From an uncultured Gudongella sp. (GTDB taxonomy: Bacteria > Bacillota > Clostridia > Tissierellales > Tissierellaceae): a DNA stretch of 46,698 nucleotides. How positions within the stretch are numbered: the first letter of the stretch is position 1; each line of letters starts with the position of its first letter. The position numbers were made by a program, and so were the translations under genes. Location of the stretch: the NCBI GenBank assembly GCA_964533235.1, contig CAZHLQ010000394.1, positions 1 through 46,698 on the forward strand, written 5' to 3'. A model generated the notes under the pieces. That model ran no database searches, was not told the DNA's origin, and saw only the letters and a program-made list of their open reading frames with translations. Shown piece after piece: positions 9,202 to 19,146 of the stretch.

Positions 9202-9729
9202 ATGGGAATCTATACAAAGACAGGAGACAAGGGTACGACCTCACTATTCGATAACAAGAGGGTAACCAAGGATGATATCAGGGTCGAAAGCTATGGTACA
9301 GTAGACGAGCTGGGGTCTTTTTTAGGCTTGGCTAAGAACTTTGTAAAAGAGCCTGAGATGAAGGAGCAGATCTTCACTATCCAAAATAAGCTTTTTACAG
9401 TAGCTACGAATTTAGCGACAGAGGATCCGTCAAAGGTAATGCATAAGATCAAGGAGGAAGATATAAAGTATTTAGAGGGGATAATTGATCTGTACATGGG
9501 AAGATTAAATGATCCCACAGGCTTCATAGTTCCCGGGTCAAGTCCTGAGTCAGGCTATCTTCATGTTGCCAGAACCGTGTGCAGGCGGGCTGAGAGAAGG
9601 ATAGTCAGCCTCACGGGAGTTGCCGAAGTGGATCCTTTGGTTGTGAAATATGTAAACAGGCTATCAGACGCGATATACGCAATGGCAAGATATTCTGAGG
9701 ATCAGCAAAGCTCGGTCAAGTATCAATGA
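9202..9729 (+). CDS. pduO: PduO-type ATP:cob(I)alamin adenosyltransferase
   Basis: IYTKTGDKGTT, YGTVDEL, ARTVCRRAERR, YVNRLSD; ATG 9202 after AGGAGG. Confidence 0.92.
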   Translation: MGIYTKTGDKGTTSLFDNKRVTKDDIRVESYGTVDELGSFLGLAKNFVKEPEMKEQIFTIQNKLFTVATNLATEDPSKVMHKIKEEDIKYLEGIIDLYMGRLNDPTGFIVPGSSPESGYLHVARTVCRRAERRIVSLTGVAEVDPLVVKYVNRLSDAIYAMARYSEDQQSSVKYQ

Positions 9730-9761
9730 ACCTTTACAACTGAATCTGTCACAAAAGAAGC

Positions 9762-9820
9762 CTGAATTTTGTAAAACACACAATTATAATGTGGAAATAT
9801 CCCTGACTATGGTATACAAT
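9762..9820 (+). promoter_or_regulatory. Two candidate sigmaA promoters for the PAS-PP2C gene
   Basis: CTGAAT(9762)-17-TATAAT(9785-9790) and TGGAAA(9792)-17-TACAAT(9815-9820). Confidence 0.45.
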
Positions 9821-9900
9821 TATGGTAATCACCGTTTGACCGGTATTGGGCAAAAGAATAGTTAATTCTTTATCAAATCGCCCTGTTTGGAGTGATAGAC

Positions 9901-11025
9901 ATGATTGATGGAAGAAAAACCATAGATAAAGGGATGGATTACATCGAGTATGGAATCCTGAACTACCATGTCCTGGAGGGTATGGCAGATTGGGTTCGAG
10001 TGGTTGACCTTAAGGGTAAGGTCATTTTTGCCAACAGCTCGATGAAGAAGGCTCTGGGCGACGACATAGTCGGCAGGGAATGCTATAAATCCTATTGTAA
10101 GGATGAAAGGTGTACCTTCTGCATAACAAATAGAAGTATTGCTACAGGTGAGACAGTACAGAAAGAAGAGATAATCAACGGACAGTATTATTCAGTTAAA
10201 AGCTCTCCTGTCAAGGACAGCAGCGGAAAAATAAATGCAGCAGTCGAGGTATTCAGAAACGTTACCCGGGAGAGAAAGCTGGAGCTGGAGCTTATAGAGA
10301 GAAACAAGAAAATCAGCAAGGACCTTCATTTTGCAAGAAGGATACAGGAAAAGGTGCTTCCGAAGAGGGGCTCCATTGACAATATCACTGTAGATTACAT
10401 CTACAAGGCATCAGAAATGCTGAGCGGTGATATGTTCGATATTTTCCACATAGACGAAAACACGCTTGGAGTATATATCTGCGACGTTGCCGGTCATGGT
10501 ATAGCAGCCTCTATGATGACGATGTTCATCAAAGAGACCATGAGGAGCATCAAGGATGAGATCAGAAATCCGTCCGAAGCACTGGAGGAGCTCCACAGAA
10601 GGTTCACAACACTTGACCTGGAGGCTGATAAATACTTTACGATTTTCTATGGCATATATGACAAAGAGAAGCATAAGCTGATATATTCCAATGCAGGTCA
10701 CAACTGCTACCCAATTAAATTCAACTCGAGCCAGGTTGAACCTTTGAAAATCAAAGGATATCCTATAACGATGCTGTTTGGGGAGGTCACCTATAAGGAG
10801 AAGGAAGTATCCCTGGAAAAGGGGGACAAGGTTCTTCTTTATACTGATGGGATCACAGAGGCAAGAGATCATAATGACGTTCAGTTTGGAATCGAGGGAG
10901 TACTGGAAACAGTTAGAAAGAATCCCGACAACATGCTAAAGGAAATAGAGGATAAATTCATTATCCACAGCTGGGGTGAGCAAAATGATGATTATGCTCT
11001 GGTACTGCTGGAGGTAGTTGAATAG
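9901..11025 (+). CDS. PAS + coiled-coil + SpoIIE/RsbU-type PP2C phosphatase
   Basis: PAS/PAC (VRVVD..FAN..AAVEVFRNVT), ARRIQ linker, SGDMFD, CDVAGHG, NAGH, YTDGITE, DDYAL; start 9892 or 9901. Confidence 0.88.
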   Translation: MIDGRKTIDKGMDYIEYGILNYHVLEGMADWVRVVDLKGKVIFANSSMKKALGDDIVGRECYKSYCKDERCTFCITNRSIATGETVQKEEIINGQYYSVKSSPVKDSSGKINAAVEVFRNVTRERKLELELIERNKKISKDLHFARRIQEKVLPKRGSIDNITVDYIYKASEMLSGDMFDIFHIDENTLGVYICDVAGHGIAASMMTMFIKETMRSIKDEIRNPSEALEELHRRFTTLDLEADKYFTIFYGIYDKEKHKLIYSNAGHNCYPIKFNSSQVEPLKIKGYPITMLFGEVTYKEKEVSLEKGDKVLLYTDGITEARDHNDVQFGIEGVLETVRKNPDNMLKEIEDKFIIHSWGEQNDDYALVLLEVVE

Positions 11026-11030
11026 TAGAT

Positions 11031-11062
11031 TAACCCGGAATTGTATTCTGGGTTATATTTTT
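11031..11062 (+). terminator. Intrinsic terminator
   Basis: TAACCCGGAAT-TGT-ATTCTGGGTTA followed by TATTTTT. Confidence 0.65.
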
Positions 11063-11078
11063 AGACAGGAGGGATACT

Positions 11079-12383
11079 GTGTTTATTGAATTCGATTACT
11101 CAAAGGGCTTCATCAAGGAACACGAGATCGAAATAATCAAACCTCAGGTAAAGCTTGCTCACCAGCTTCTACATGACAGAAAGGGACCTGGAAGCGAATT
11201 CACAGGGTGGCTCGATTGGACAGAAACCATCGACAGAACAGAGCTTGAAAGGATAAAGGTCACAGCAGAGCGTATAAGACAAAATGCAGATATTCTTCTG
11301 GTAATAGGTATAGGAGGCTCCTATCTTGGTGCCAGAGCAGCTATGGAGGCTTTGACTCACAGCTTCCATAATCTTCTGAGTAAAAGTCAGAGAAATGCGC
11401 CTCAGTTGATTTTTGTAGGCAATAACATGTCCTCAAAATACTTCACAGATCTGATGGATATACTGGATGACCATGAAATATACATAAACGTCATCTCAAA
11501 ATCCGGAACGACTACCGAGCCGGCAGTTGCATTCAGACATTTCAAGAGCTACATGGAGAAAAGATATGGTGCAGAAGAAGCCTCAAAGAGGATAGCAGCA
11601 ACAACGGATAAAGTCAGGGGAGCATTGAAGACCCTTGCAGACAAGGAAGGCTATGAGACGTTCACAATACCAGATGATATAGGCGGAAGGTATTCAGTAA
11701 TGACTGCAGTCGGGCTGCTGCCATTGGCAGCCTTGGGGATAGATATAGAGAGAATGCTTGATGGAGTCCATGCTGCTGCAATTGAATACAGCAACCCCAA
11801 TCTTGATGAAAATAATTGCTATCAATATGCTGCAGCTCGACAGATCCTAAACAGGAAGGGTAAGTCAATAGAGATACTGGCAAGCTACGAGCCCTCTCTC
11901 CAATATCTTGGTGAGTGGTGGAAGCAGCTCTACGGAGAGTCTGAGGGCAAGGACGGCAAGGGTATATTCCCAGCCAGCGTCAGCTTCACTGCTGATCTTC
12001 ATTCTATGGGTCAGTTGATCCAGGACGGAGCAAGGAATATTTTTGAGACTACAGTTGTCGTCGATAGCCACGAAAGGGATATAATTATAAAGGGTGAAGA
12101 GGATGACCTGGACGGACTGAATTACCTTCAGGGAAAAACCATAGGGCACGTAAATAGAAAAGCCTACGAGGGAACCGTTTTGGCTCACCTTGAGGGCGAT
12201 GTCCCCAATCTTGCCATAACCATACCAAAGCTTGATGAGTATTGCTTCGGAAAGCTCATATACTTTTTTGAAAAGGCATGCGCAATTTCAGGATATATCC
12301 AGGGAGTAAATCCATTTGACCAACCTGGAGTAGAGCAGTACAAGAGGAACATGTTCAGACTTTTGGGTAAATCAGGGTACTGA
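11079..12383 (+). CDS. pgi: Glucose-6-phosphate isomerase
   Basis: [49 protein letters not shown]. Confidence 0.96.
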   Translation: MFIEFDYSKGFIKEHEIEIIKPQVKLAHQLLHDRKGPGSEFTGWLDWTETIDRTELERIKVTAERIRQNADILLVIGIGGSYLGARAAMEALTHSFHNLLSKSQRNAPQLIFVGNNMSSKYFTDLMDILDDHEIYINVISKSGTTTEPAVAFRHFKSYMEKRYGAEEASKRIAATTDKVRGALKTLADKEGYETFTIPDDIGGRYSVMTAVGLLPLAALGIDIERMLDGVHAAAIEYSNPNLDENNCYQYAAARQILNRKGKSIEILASYEPSLQYLGEWWKQLYGESEGKDGKGIFPASVSFTADLHSMGQLIQDGARNIFETTVVVDSHERDIIIKGEEDDLDGLNYLQGKTIGHVNRKAYEGTVLAHLEGDVPNLAITIPKLDEYCFGKLIYFFEKACAISGYIQGVNPFDQPGVEQYKRNMFRLLGKSGY

Positions 12384-12401
12384 TCACAGAGCAAACAGAT
12401 A

Positions 12402-12430
12402 TTGCCAATTTCAAGCTATTGTTATAATAT
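12402..12430 (+). promoter_or_regulatory. sigmaA promoter of crt-hbd
   Basis: TTGCCA(12402)-17-TAATAT(12425-12430), overlapping extended -10 TGtTATAAT. Confidence 0.65.
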
Positions 12431-12450
12431 AGTCAATGGGAGGGATGGAA

Positions 12451-13230
12451 ATGAATCATGAGCACTTGAAGATAAGTAAAAGTGGCAGTATTGCAACTCT
12501 TTCGATCAATAGGCCTGAGGCGCTTAATGCTCTTAATTCAGAGCTTTTAGCAGAGCTTAAAGAAGCCATTGATTCGATATCTTCAGATGGATCTGTCCAT
12601 GTACTTGTATTGACAGGTGAGGGTAGAGCGTTTGTAGCGGGAGCTGACATAGCAGAGATGAAGGGAATGACTCCAGAGGAAGCAAGAAGCTTTGCCAAGC
12701 TTGGTTTGGAGGTATTCAGAGCTATCGAGCTTATGGATAAGCCCACGATAGCTGCAGTAAACGGCTTTGCTTTAGGTGGAGGCTGTGAGCTGGCGATGTC
12801 CTGCGACATCAGGATTGCTTCAAGCAAGGCAAAATTCGGGCAACCAGAGGTAGGTCTGGGGGTAACGCCAGGCTTCGGAGGAACCAATCGTCTTTCCAGA
12901 CTGGTAGGTCCTGCCAAGGCAAAGGAGTTAATATTTACCGGTGATGTTATCGATGCAAACGAAGCATCAAGACTGGGGCTTGTAAACTCAGTGACTGAGC
13001 CGGAGGAGCTGATGGAAAGAGCTTTGGAGCTAGCCCAAAAGATAGCAGAAAAGGGTCAGCTTGCGGTAAGATATTCAAAGCAAGCCATAAATCGCAGCTT
13101 CGAGGTTGATATAGAAACTGGAATGGAGATCGAAAGAAATCTTTTCAGTCTATGCTTCGCAACCTATGATCAGAAGGAAGGAATGGAAGCATTCCTAAAT
13201 AAAAGAAAGCCTGAATTCAAGGTAAAATAA
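12451..13230 (+). CDS. crt: Crotonase / enoyl-CoA hydratase
   Basis: NRPEALNALN, FVAGADI, ALGGGCELAMSCD, FGQPEVGLG; ATG 12451 after GGGAGGG. Confidence 0.9.
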   Translation: MNHEHLKISKSGSIATLSINRPEALNALNSELLAELKEAIDSISSDGSVHVLVLTGEGRAFVAGADIAEMKGMTPEEARSFAKLGLEVFRAIELMDKPTIAAVNGFALGGGCELAMSCDIRIASSKAKFGQPEVGLGVTPGFGGTNRLSRLVGPAKAKELIFTGDVIDANEASRLGLVNSVTEPEELMERALELAQKIAEKGQLAVRYSKQAINRSFEVDIETGMEIERNLFSLCFATYDQKEGMEAFLNKRKPEFKVK

Positions 13231-13243
13231 CGGAGGTGCAAAT

Positions 13244-14092
13244 ATGAAGAAGGTAAGCATACTAGGCAGAGGCACTATGGCATTGGGGATAGTCCAGATT
13301 TTTGCCGAGAAGGATTTCGACGTCAACGTCTGGGTCAGATCAATAGATGAAAACAATCCAAGGGGAAGTGTGGCACCAATAGTCAAGACTCTTGAGAAGC
13401 TGGTTGCAAAAGAGAAGATTACAACTGAGCAAATGGAAAAGACTCTTTCCAATATTACGATCACAACCAATCTGGATGACGTAGCTGACAGCGACCTTGT
13501 CATCGAGGCAATATCAGAGGATATGCAGGTCAAAAAAGAAACCTTTAAGAAGCTGGATGACCTTTGTAAGGAGAGCACCATACTTGCAACCAACACATCC
13601 TCTCTATCAATAACAGAGATAGCAAATTCAACAAGCAGACCTGATAAGGTTATCGGAATGCACTTTTTCAACCCAGTTCCATTGATGAAGCTGGTTGAGG
13701 TAATCAAGGGACTTGCAACCTCTGACGAGACCAAGGATGCTATAGTTGAGCTTGCAAAATCACTTGGCAAGACTCCTGTTGAAGTAGCCGAGGCTCCCGG
13801 ATTTGTCGTAAACAGGATACTTATCCCTATGATAAACGAAGCAGTTGGAATCCTTGCAGATGGAGTTGCAACAGCAGAAGACATCGACGAAGCAATGAAG
13901 CTTGGTGCGAACCACCCTATAGGACCATTGGCTTTGGGAGATCTTGTTGGTCTTGACGTATGCCTTGCAATAATGGACGTACTTTACAATGAGTACCAGG
14001 ATCCAAAATATAGGGCACATCCTCTGTTAAGAAAGATGGTAAGGGCAAATCTTCTGGGAAGAAAGACCAAAAAGGGCTTCTTCGTATATTAA
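13244..14092 (+). CDS. hbd: 3-hydroxybutyryl-CoA dehydrogenase (possibly NADP-preferring)
   Basis: IEAISE, TNTSSLSI, GMHFFNP, PGFVVNRIL, GANHPIGPL, GRKTKKGF. Confidence 0.92.
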   Translation: MKKVSILGRGTMALGIVQIFAEKDFDVNVWVRSIDENNPRGSVAPIVKTLEKLVAKEKITTEQMEKTLSNITITTNLDDVADSDLVIEAISEDMQVKKETFKKLDDLCKESTILATNTSSLSITEIANSTSRPDKVIGMHFFNPVPLMKLVEVIKGLATSDETKDAIVELAKSLGKTPVEVAEAPGFVVNRILIPMINEAVGILADGVATAEDIDEAMKLGANHPIGPLALGDLVGLDVCLAIMDVLYNEYQDPKYRAHPLLRKMVRANLLGRKTKKGFFVY

Positions 14093-14097
14093 TAGAT

Positions 14098-14127
14098 AAA
14101 AAAATTAACCCCCGATTCGGGGGTTAA
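14098..14127. terminator. Terminator between convergent hbd and murC
   Basis: TTAACCCCCG-ATT-CGGGGGTTAA, with an A tract on the left that gives a U tract for murC. Confidence 0.8.
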
Positions 14128-15533
14128 ATTGCTTTTTGACTGCTCGTGTCAAATCTATTCAAAAGATTAGTACCTACCTGATATATGTTTCCTGCACCCA
14201 TAGTTATGACTGTATCATGATTTGTGGCTTCATTAAGGATATACTCCTCGATCTCGTCGAAGGAGCCAAGGTAAACAGCATCATAACCCCTCATTTTTAT
14301 CAGCTCAGCCAGATCTCTCGAGTGGATCTCACCATTATCAAGCTCTCTGGCGGCATATATGTCAGCGATCACTATTCTGTCAGCTTCCGAGAAGGCTTCT
14401 GAGAAGCTGTCCAGTAGGATTTTAGTCCTCGTGAAGGTATGTGGCTGAAAAATGCAAAACACCTTTTCTTTGGTGGAGTTTCTTACAGCATTCAAAGAAG
14501 CCTTGATCTCAGTTGGGTGATGGGCATAATCATCGATGACTCTTATATTTCCCATAAATCCCTTAAGCTCCAGTCTCCTGTGTACTCCACCGTAGGAAGC
14601 TATCTTCTCCAAAACCAGCTCCTTGTCGATCCCGATGGAATACGAAGCAGCAATCGCCGCAAGTGAATTATAAACATTATGCTTGCCCATAACGCTAAGT
14701 CTCAGGTTCCTCTCATGGCTTCCCCTGACAAAAAGGTCAAAGGAAGGATAACCGACAGAATCAAAGGAAATATTCTTTGCCATAAAATCAGCATCCTGAT
14801 CGATCCCTATGGTCACAACAGTCGCTCTGCACTTCTTAGATAATGATTTTACATGCTCATCGTCAGTATTTGCTACCAGGATATCATTTTCAGTTAGATT
14901 GTCGACAAATTCCCTGAAGGTTTCAGTTATATGGTCGATGCTTTTGAAAAAGTCGAGATGGTCCTCGTCAATATTCAGTACTATCGCCATAGAAGGGTGG
15001 TACTTAAGTATATTCGCCTTGTATTCACATGCCTCGGTAAGCAGGAATTCATTCGTCCCAAGCTTTACGTTTCCGCCTATTGAGTCAAGCTCTCCTCCAA
15101 GAAGGATCGTAGGATTCAACTCCTCGTTGTTTATTATAGTTGCTATCATACTGGTAGTTGTCGTTTTTCCGTGTGTTCCAGATACAGCTATGGAATTTTT
15201 GTAATTCTTCATTAAGGAACCAAGAAACGATGCCCTATCGACGACAGCAGCACCTGAAGACCTTGCTGCAATCAGCTCGATGTTGTCGGGAGCGATAGCG
15301 TCGGTGTATATTATAAGATCAGCATCCCCAATATTGTCAGGAGAATGCCCTATATATATTACTGCCCCCAGATCTCTCAGATGCCTTACAATATGGCTGT
15401 CTGAGTTATCAGTACCAGAGACATGAAAACCCTTGCTAAGTAATATCTCTGCCATTCCACTCATGCTAATGCCGCCTATGCCTATAAAATGTACATTGTT
15501 ATAGGATTTGGCATCAATATCAAATTCAAACAT
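14124..15533 (-). CDS. murC: UDP-N-acetylmuramate--L-alanine ligase
   Basis: HFIGIGGISMSG, GTHGKTTT, EACEY, DHLD, DDYAHHPTEI, FQPH, MGAG. Confidence 0.96.
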   Translation of the reverse strand: MFEFDIDAKSYNNVHFIGIGGISMSGMAEILLSKGFHVSGTDNSDSHIVRHLRDLGAVIYIGHSPDNIGDADLIIYTDAIAPDNIELIAARSSGAAVVDRASFLGSLMKNYKNSIAVSGTHGKTTTTSMIATIINNEELNPTILLGGELDSIGGNVKLGTNEFLLTEACEYKANILKYHPSMAIVLNIDEDHLDFFKSIDHITETFREFVDNLTENDILVANTDDEHVKSLSKKCRATVVTIGIDQDADFMAKNISFDSVGYPSFDLFVRGSHERNLRLSVMGKHNVYNSLAAIAASYSIGIDKELVLEKIASYGGVHRRLELKGFMGNIRVIDDYAHHPTEIKASLNAVRNSTKEKVFCIFQPHTFTRTKILLDSFSEAFSEADRIVIADIYAARELDNGEIHSRDLAELIKMRGYDAVYLGSFDEIEEYILNEATNHDTVITMGAGNIYQVGTNLLNRFDTSSQKAI

Positions 15534-15611
15534 TTATTTTCCCCCTGAATCAGTTTCGGTTTTATAGTAGCATTAACGAGACTTTCTCAGCCCAGTCCAC
15601 GTCATTGAATG

Positions 15612-15640
15612 ATTATATCATACCAAATATAATATTAAAG
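15612..15640 (-). promoter_or_regulatory. Extended -10 promoter of murC
   Basis: Minus strand TGaTATAAT (15620-15612); weak -35. Confidence 0.55.
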
Positions 15641-15700
15641 AACAAATTTCTAAGTAGAAAACAAAAAAACCAATAAAAATTTATAATTTTCAAAAAAAAA

Positions 15701-15728
15701 GAAGGATTTTTGAAAAAAATGTAGAATA
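15701..15728 (+). promoter_or_regulatory. sigmaH promoter of spoVG with A-rich upstream tract
   Basis: GAAGGATTT-11 nt-GTAGAATA matches sigmaH consensus RNAGGAWWW-N11/12-RNNGAAT. Confidence 0.8.
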
Positions 15729-15772
15729 AATATAGTAAATGCAATTAATGCGTCGGGGAAGGTGGTGAGACA

Positions 15773-16036
15773 ATGAAGATTACTGACGTAAGGGTAAGGA
15801 AGGTTACTGAGGAAGGCAAGATGAAGGCAATAGTATCAGTTACGTTTGACGACGAATTCGTCGTACATGACATTAAGGTCATAGAGGGACAAAACGGACT
15901 ATTTATTGCCATGCCTAGCAGGAAGATGGCAGATGGTGAATTTAGAGACATCGCTCACCCAATTAATGCCACCACAAGGCAAAAGATACAAGAAGCCGTC
16001 TTTTCAGAGTACGAGAAGTCGCTGACAGTAGAGTAA
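15773..16036 (+). CDS. spoVG: Septation regulator / nucleic acid-binding protein SpoVG
   Basis: [40 protein letters not shown]. Confidence 0.97.
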   Translation: MKITDVRVRKVTEEGKMKAIVSVTFDDEFVVHDIKVIEGQNGLFIAMPSRKMADGEFRDIAHPINATTRQKIQEAVFSEYEKSLTVE

Positions 16037-16057
16037 AAGGGCCCAATGGGCTCTTTT
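16035..16057 (+). terminator. Intrinsic terminator after spoVG
   Basis: AAAAGGGCCC-AAT-GGGCTCTTTT. Confidence 0.7.
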
Positions 16058-16165
16058 GCTTTATAAGGGATTTTTTGTTTAAAATATTGGTAATTTGGGG
16101 TGGACTTATAGGTTAAATGGGTTAAAATATTATAGAGGCATTAAAAAAAGAGGTGTATATATCAT

Positions 16166-17551
16166 ATGAAAATAAGCATCGTATTGGCTGCAGGCGAAGG
16201 TACAAGGATGAGATCCGATCGTGCCAAGGTCATGCACAAGGTTTGTGGAAAGCCAATGCTGGATCATGTGCTGAAGGCATCAGCCAAATCAGGCATTGAG
16301 AAGAATATCGTGGTGATAGGACACAGGAAGGAAGATGTCCTTAACGGATCAACAGGAGAGGACATTCTATTCGTAGAGCAGCCGATGCATGAGGGAGCCC
16401 CTTATGGGACCGGCTTCGCAGTAATGCAGGCACTCCCCCACATAGAGGATGATTGCACAGTAGTAGTTCTATGCGGAGATACGCCGCTTATAAAGCATGA
16501 AACCCTTAAGGATCTGATGGAGCATCACGAGGCAGACGACAACTCCGCAACCGTATTGACGACTCTGATGGAAGATCCTGCTGGTTATGGGAGGATAGTC
16601 AGAAGAGCTGATGGAACTCTTTTGGAGATAGTCGAGCAAAAGGATGCATCTCCGGAACAAAGGCTTATCAAAGAGATCAACTCGGGGATATATTGCTTCA
16701 GGGCTTCCTCACTAAAGGAAGGCTTGGAAGGAATAGGAAACGACAACAGCCAGGGAGAATACTACCTGACTGATGTAATAGGGATCCTTAATAAAAGGGG
16801 CGAAAGAGTTGGAGCACTTGAGGCTAAGGATCCAACAGAAATCATGGGGGTAAACTCTAGAGTCCAGCTGGCTGATGCAGAAAGGATCATGAGAAACAGG
16901 ATCAATAGCCACCATATGATGAATGGAGTAACTCTGATCGACCCGGACACGACCTATATAGATGAAGGTATCCAGATCGGCAGGGATACGATAATTTCTC
17001 CGGGGGCTGTTTTACAGGGAGCTACAGCTATTGGGAATGATTGCCTGATCATTGGGAACACAAGGATCAGAGACAGCAGGATCGGCGACAGGGTCGAGAT
17101 AGATTCTTCGCTAATAGAGGAAAGCACAGTTGGCGGAGGTACACATATTGGCCCATATGCTCATCTCAGACCGAAGAGCGTCCTGGGAGCAAATGTAAAG
17201 ATCGGCAACTTCGTAGAGGTAAAAAATGCAAACATATCAGACGGATCAAAGGCAAGTCATCTCTCCTATGTGGGTGATGCAGATGTAGGAAAAGAAGTAA
17301 ATATTGGCTGCGGGGTAGTTTTCGTAAACTATAATGGAGTTTCCAAGTCCAGATCGATAGTAAGGGATCATGCCTTCGTTGGAAGCAACTCCAATCTTGT
17401 TGCTCCTGTAGAGGTAAAGGAATGGGGTTATGTGGCTGCAGGCTCTACTATAACTGACGATGTTGGAGAGGGTGAGCTTTCAATAGCTAGAGCAAGACAG
17501 GTCAATAAAGAAGGCTGGGTCGAGAAAAAAGGCTTCAAAAAACACAAATAG
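16166..17551 (+). CDS. glmU: Bifunctional UDP-GlcNAc pyrophosphorylase / glucosamine-1-P acetyltransferase
   Basis: [25 protein letters not shown], hexapeptide repeats, [15 protein letters not shown]. Confidence 0.96.
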   Translation: MKISIVLAAGEGTRMRSDRAKVMHKVCGKPMLDHVLKASAKSGIEKNIVVIGHRKEDVLNGSTGEDILFVEQPMHEGAPYGTGFAVMQALPHIEDDCTVVVLCGDTPLIKHETLKDLMEHHEADDNSATVLTTLMEDPAGYGRIVRRADGTLLEIVEQKDASPEQRLIKEINSGIYCFRASSLKEGLEGIGNDNSQGEYYLTDVIGILNKRGERVGALEAKDPTEIMGVNSRVQLADAERIMRNRINSHHMMNGVTLIDPDTTYIDEGIQIGRDTIISPGAVLQGATAIGNDCLIIGNTRIRDSRIGDRVEIDSSLIEESTVGGGTHIGPYAHLRPKSVLGANVKIGNFVEVKNANISDGSKASHLSYVGDADVGKEVNIGCGVVFVNYNGVSKSRSIVRDHAFVGSNSNLVAPVEVKEWGYVAAGSTITDDVGEGELSIARARQVNKEGWVEKKGFKKHK

Positions 17552-17562
17552 GAGGAAGTAAA

Positions 17563-18510
17563 ATGAACCTTTGTCTGGGAGGAGTAAAGGTATTCACCGG
17601 AAACGCCAACAGAGATTTAGTTAAAAAGATTTGCACTGAGCTGGGTATCAAGCTTGGGAGCTGCGATGTAACTCACTTCAGTGATGGAGAGATAAACGTT
17701 AATATCGGGGAGACGGTAAGAGGCTGTGATGTGTACATAATTCAGCCTACAAATTCTCCTGTAAATGACAATCTTATGGAGCTTTTGATCCTCATAGATG
17801 CAGTAAAGAGAGCTTCTGCAGGAAGGATCAATGCAGTTATCCCTTATTATGGCTATGCAAGACAGGACAGAAAAACTAAAGCAAGAGAACCCATAACAGC
17901 TAAGCTGGTAGCAAACCTTATAACAACAGCCGGAGCTGACAGAGTCGTTTCAATGGACCTGCATGCAGGGCAGATACAAGGATATTTTGACATTCCGGTC
18001 GACCACCTTTCATCAATACCATTGCTTGCAAATTATTTCAGAAGCATAGTGGACGAGGAAACTGTTATTGTATCCCCAGATTTGGGTGGAGTTACGAGAG
18101 CAAGAACCTTTGCCAACATACTTGATCTTCCGATTGCTATAATCGAAAAGAGAAGACCAAAAGCAAATGTCTCAGAGGTAATGAATGTAATAGGTGAAAT
18201 AGAGGGCAAGAACGTAATACTTGTGGATGATATAATCGATACTGCAGGCACCATAGTAAAGGCAGCAAGCGTACTGAAGAGCTTCGGAGCCAAAAAAGTA
18301 TACGGCTGCGCCACACATGGAGTTTTATCCGGACCGGCACTGGACAGGATCCACAACTCTGAGCTTGAGAAATTTGTTATTACAGATACCATTCCATTGT
18401 CTGACGAGGCAAAGATAGACAAGATCGAGGTAGTCAGTGTTGCTCCACTTTTCGCGGAGGCTATCAAGAGGATAAATTCCAACGAATCTGTAAGTATAAT
18501 ATTCGAATGA
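17563..18510 (+). CDS. prs: Ribose-phosphate pyrophosphokinase
   Basis: [41 protein letters not shown]. Confidence 0.97.
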   Translation: MNLCLGGVKVFTGNANRDLVKKICTELGIKLGSCDVTHFSDGEINVNIGETVRGCDVYIIQPTNSPVNDNLMELLILIDAVKRASAGRINAVIPYYGYARQDRKTKAREPITAKLVANLITTAGADRVVSMDLHAGQIQGYFDIPVDHLSSIPLLANYFRSIVDEETVIVSPDLGGVTRARTFANILDLPIAIIEKRRPKANVSEVMNVIGEIEGKNVILVDDIIDTAGTIVKAASVLKSFGAKKVYGCATHGVLSGPALDRIHNSELEKFVITDTIPLSDEAKIDKIEVVSVAPLFAEAIKRINSNESVSIIFE

Positions 18511-18532
18511 TCAGGCATTGGGAGATGGTCAA

Positions 18533-19111
18533 GTGTTTTTGATAGTGGGTCTTGGTAACCCCGGAAAAGAGTATGATAAAACCAGACATAATGTCGGTTA
18601 CGATGTGGTAGACAGACTTTCAGAGGTCAACAGGATAAAGGTTGACAGGATAAAGTTCAAAGCCCTCACTGGCGAGGGAACCATAGCCGGTAAAAGAGTC
18701 ATTCTGATGAAACCGCTGACTTATATGAACAACAGCGGTATAGCTGTCAGAGAGGCAATGGAATACTATAAGCTGAATATTGAGGAACTCCTGGTAATAG
18801 TAGATGACATAGACATCGAGTTTGGATCGACCCGTATAAGGAAAAAAGGAAGTGCAGGCTCACACAATGGCATGAAGTCACTGATCCTCCACCTAAAGCG
18901 GGATGACTTCACAAGGATCAAGCTAGGGATAGGAAGGAAGCCTCCCGAGTGGGACCTGGCAGATTTTGTTCTAAGCAGGTTTTCACAGGAAGAAAGAAAA
19001 GAAGTAGATAAAATGGTAATAAAAGCTGCAGAGGCAATTGGATCGATTCTGGAGTACGGGATCGATACGGCCATGAACAGCTTCAACATAAAAAATACAG
19101 CCCAGGATTAA
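18533..19111 (+). CDS. pth: Peptidyl-tRNA hydrolase
   Basis: LIVGLGNPG, TRHNVG, KPLTYMNNSG, GSHNGMKS; GTG 18533 is the likely start. Confidence 0.95.
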   Translation: MFLIVGLGNPGKEYDKTRHNVGYDVVDRLSEVNRIKVDRIKFKALTGEGTIAGKRVILMKPLTYMNNSGIAVREAMEYYKLNIEELLVIVDDIDIEFGSTRIRKKGSAGSHNGMKSLILHLKRDDFTRIKLGIGRKPPEWDLADFVLSRFSQEERKEVDKMVIKAAEAIGSILEYGIDTAMNSFNIKNTAQD

Positions 19112-19146
19112 ACCTGGGCTTGCGGCGTTATGGAAGAGGTACAGGA

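Noticed and set aside
9848-9883. GGGCAAA stem resembling the start of a c-di-GMP-I riboswitch
   Set aside because: No GNRA tetraloop, no GACGCAAAGC-like segment and no second stem
9901-11025. Calling the PP2C phosphatase spoIIE
   Set aside because: It lacks the large multi-TM N-terminus and length of SpoIIE; the architecture is PAS-coiled coil-PP2C
15685-15699. CodY-box-like AATTTTCAAAAAAAA upstream of spoVG, and a weaker match near 43186
   Set aside because: 3-4 mismatches within A/T tracts are expected by chance
19099-19120. AGCCCAGG/CCTGGGCT hairpin at the pth stop
   Set aside because: No U tract, so not called as a terminator; at most a stability or pause hairpin
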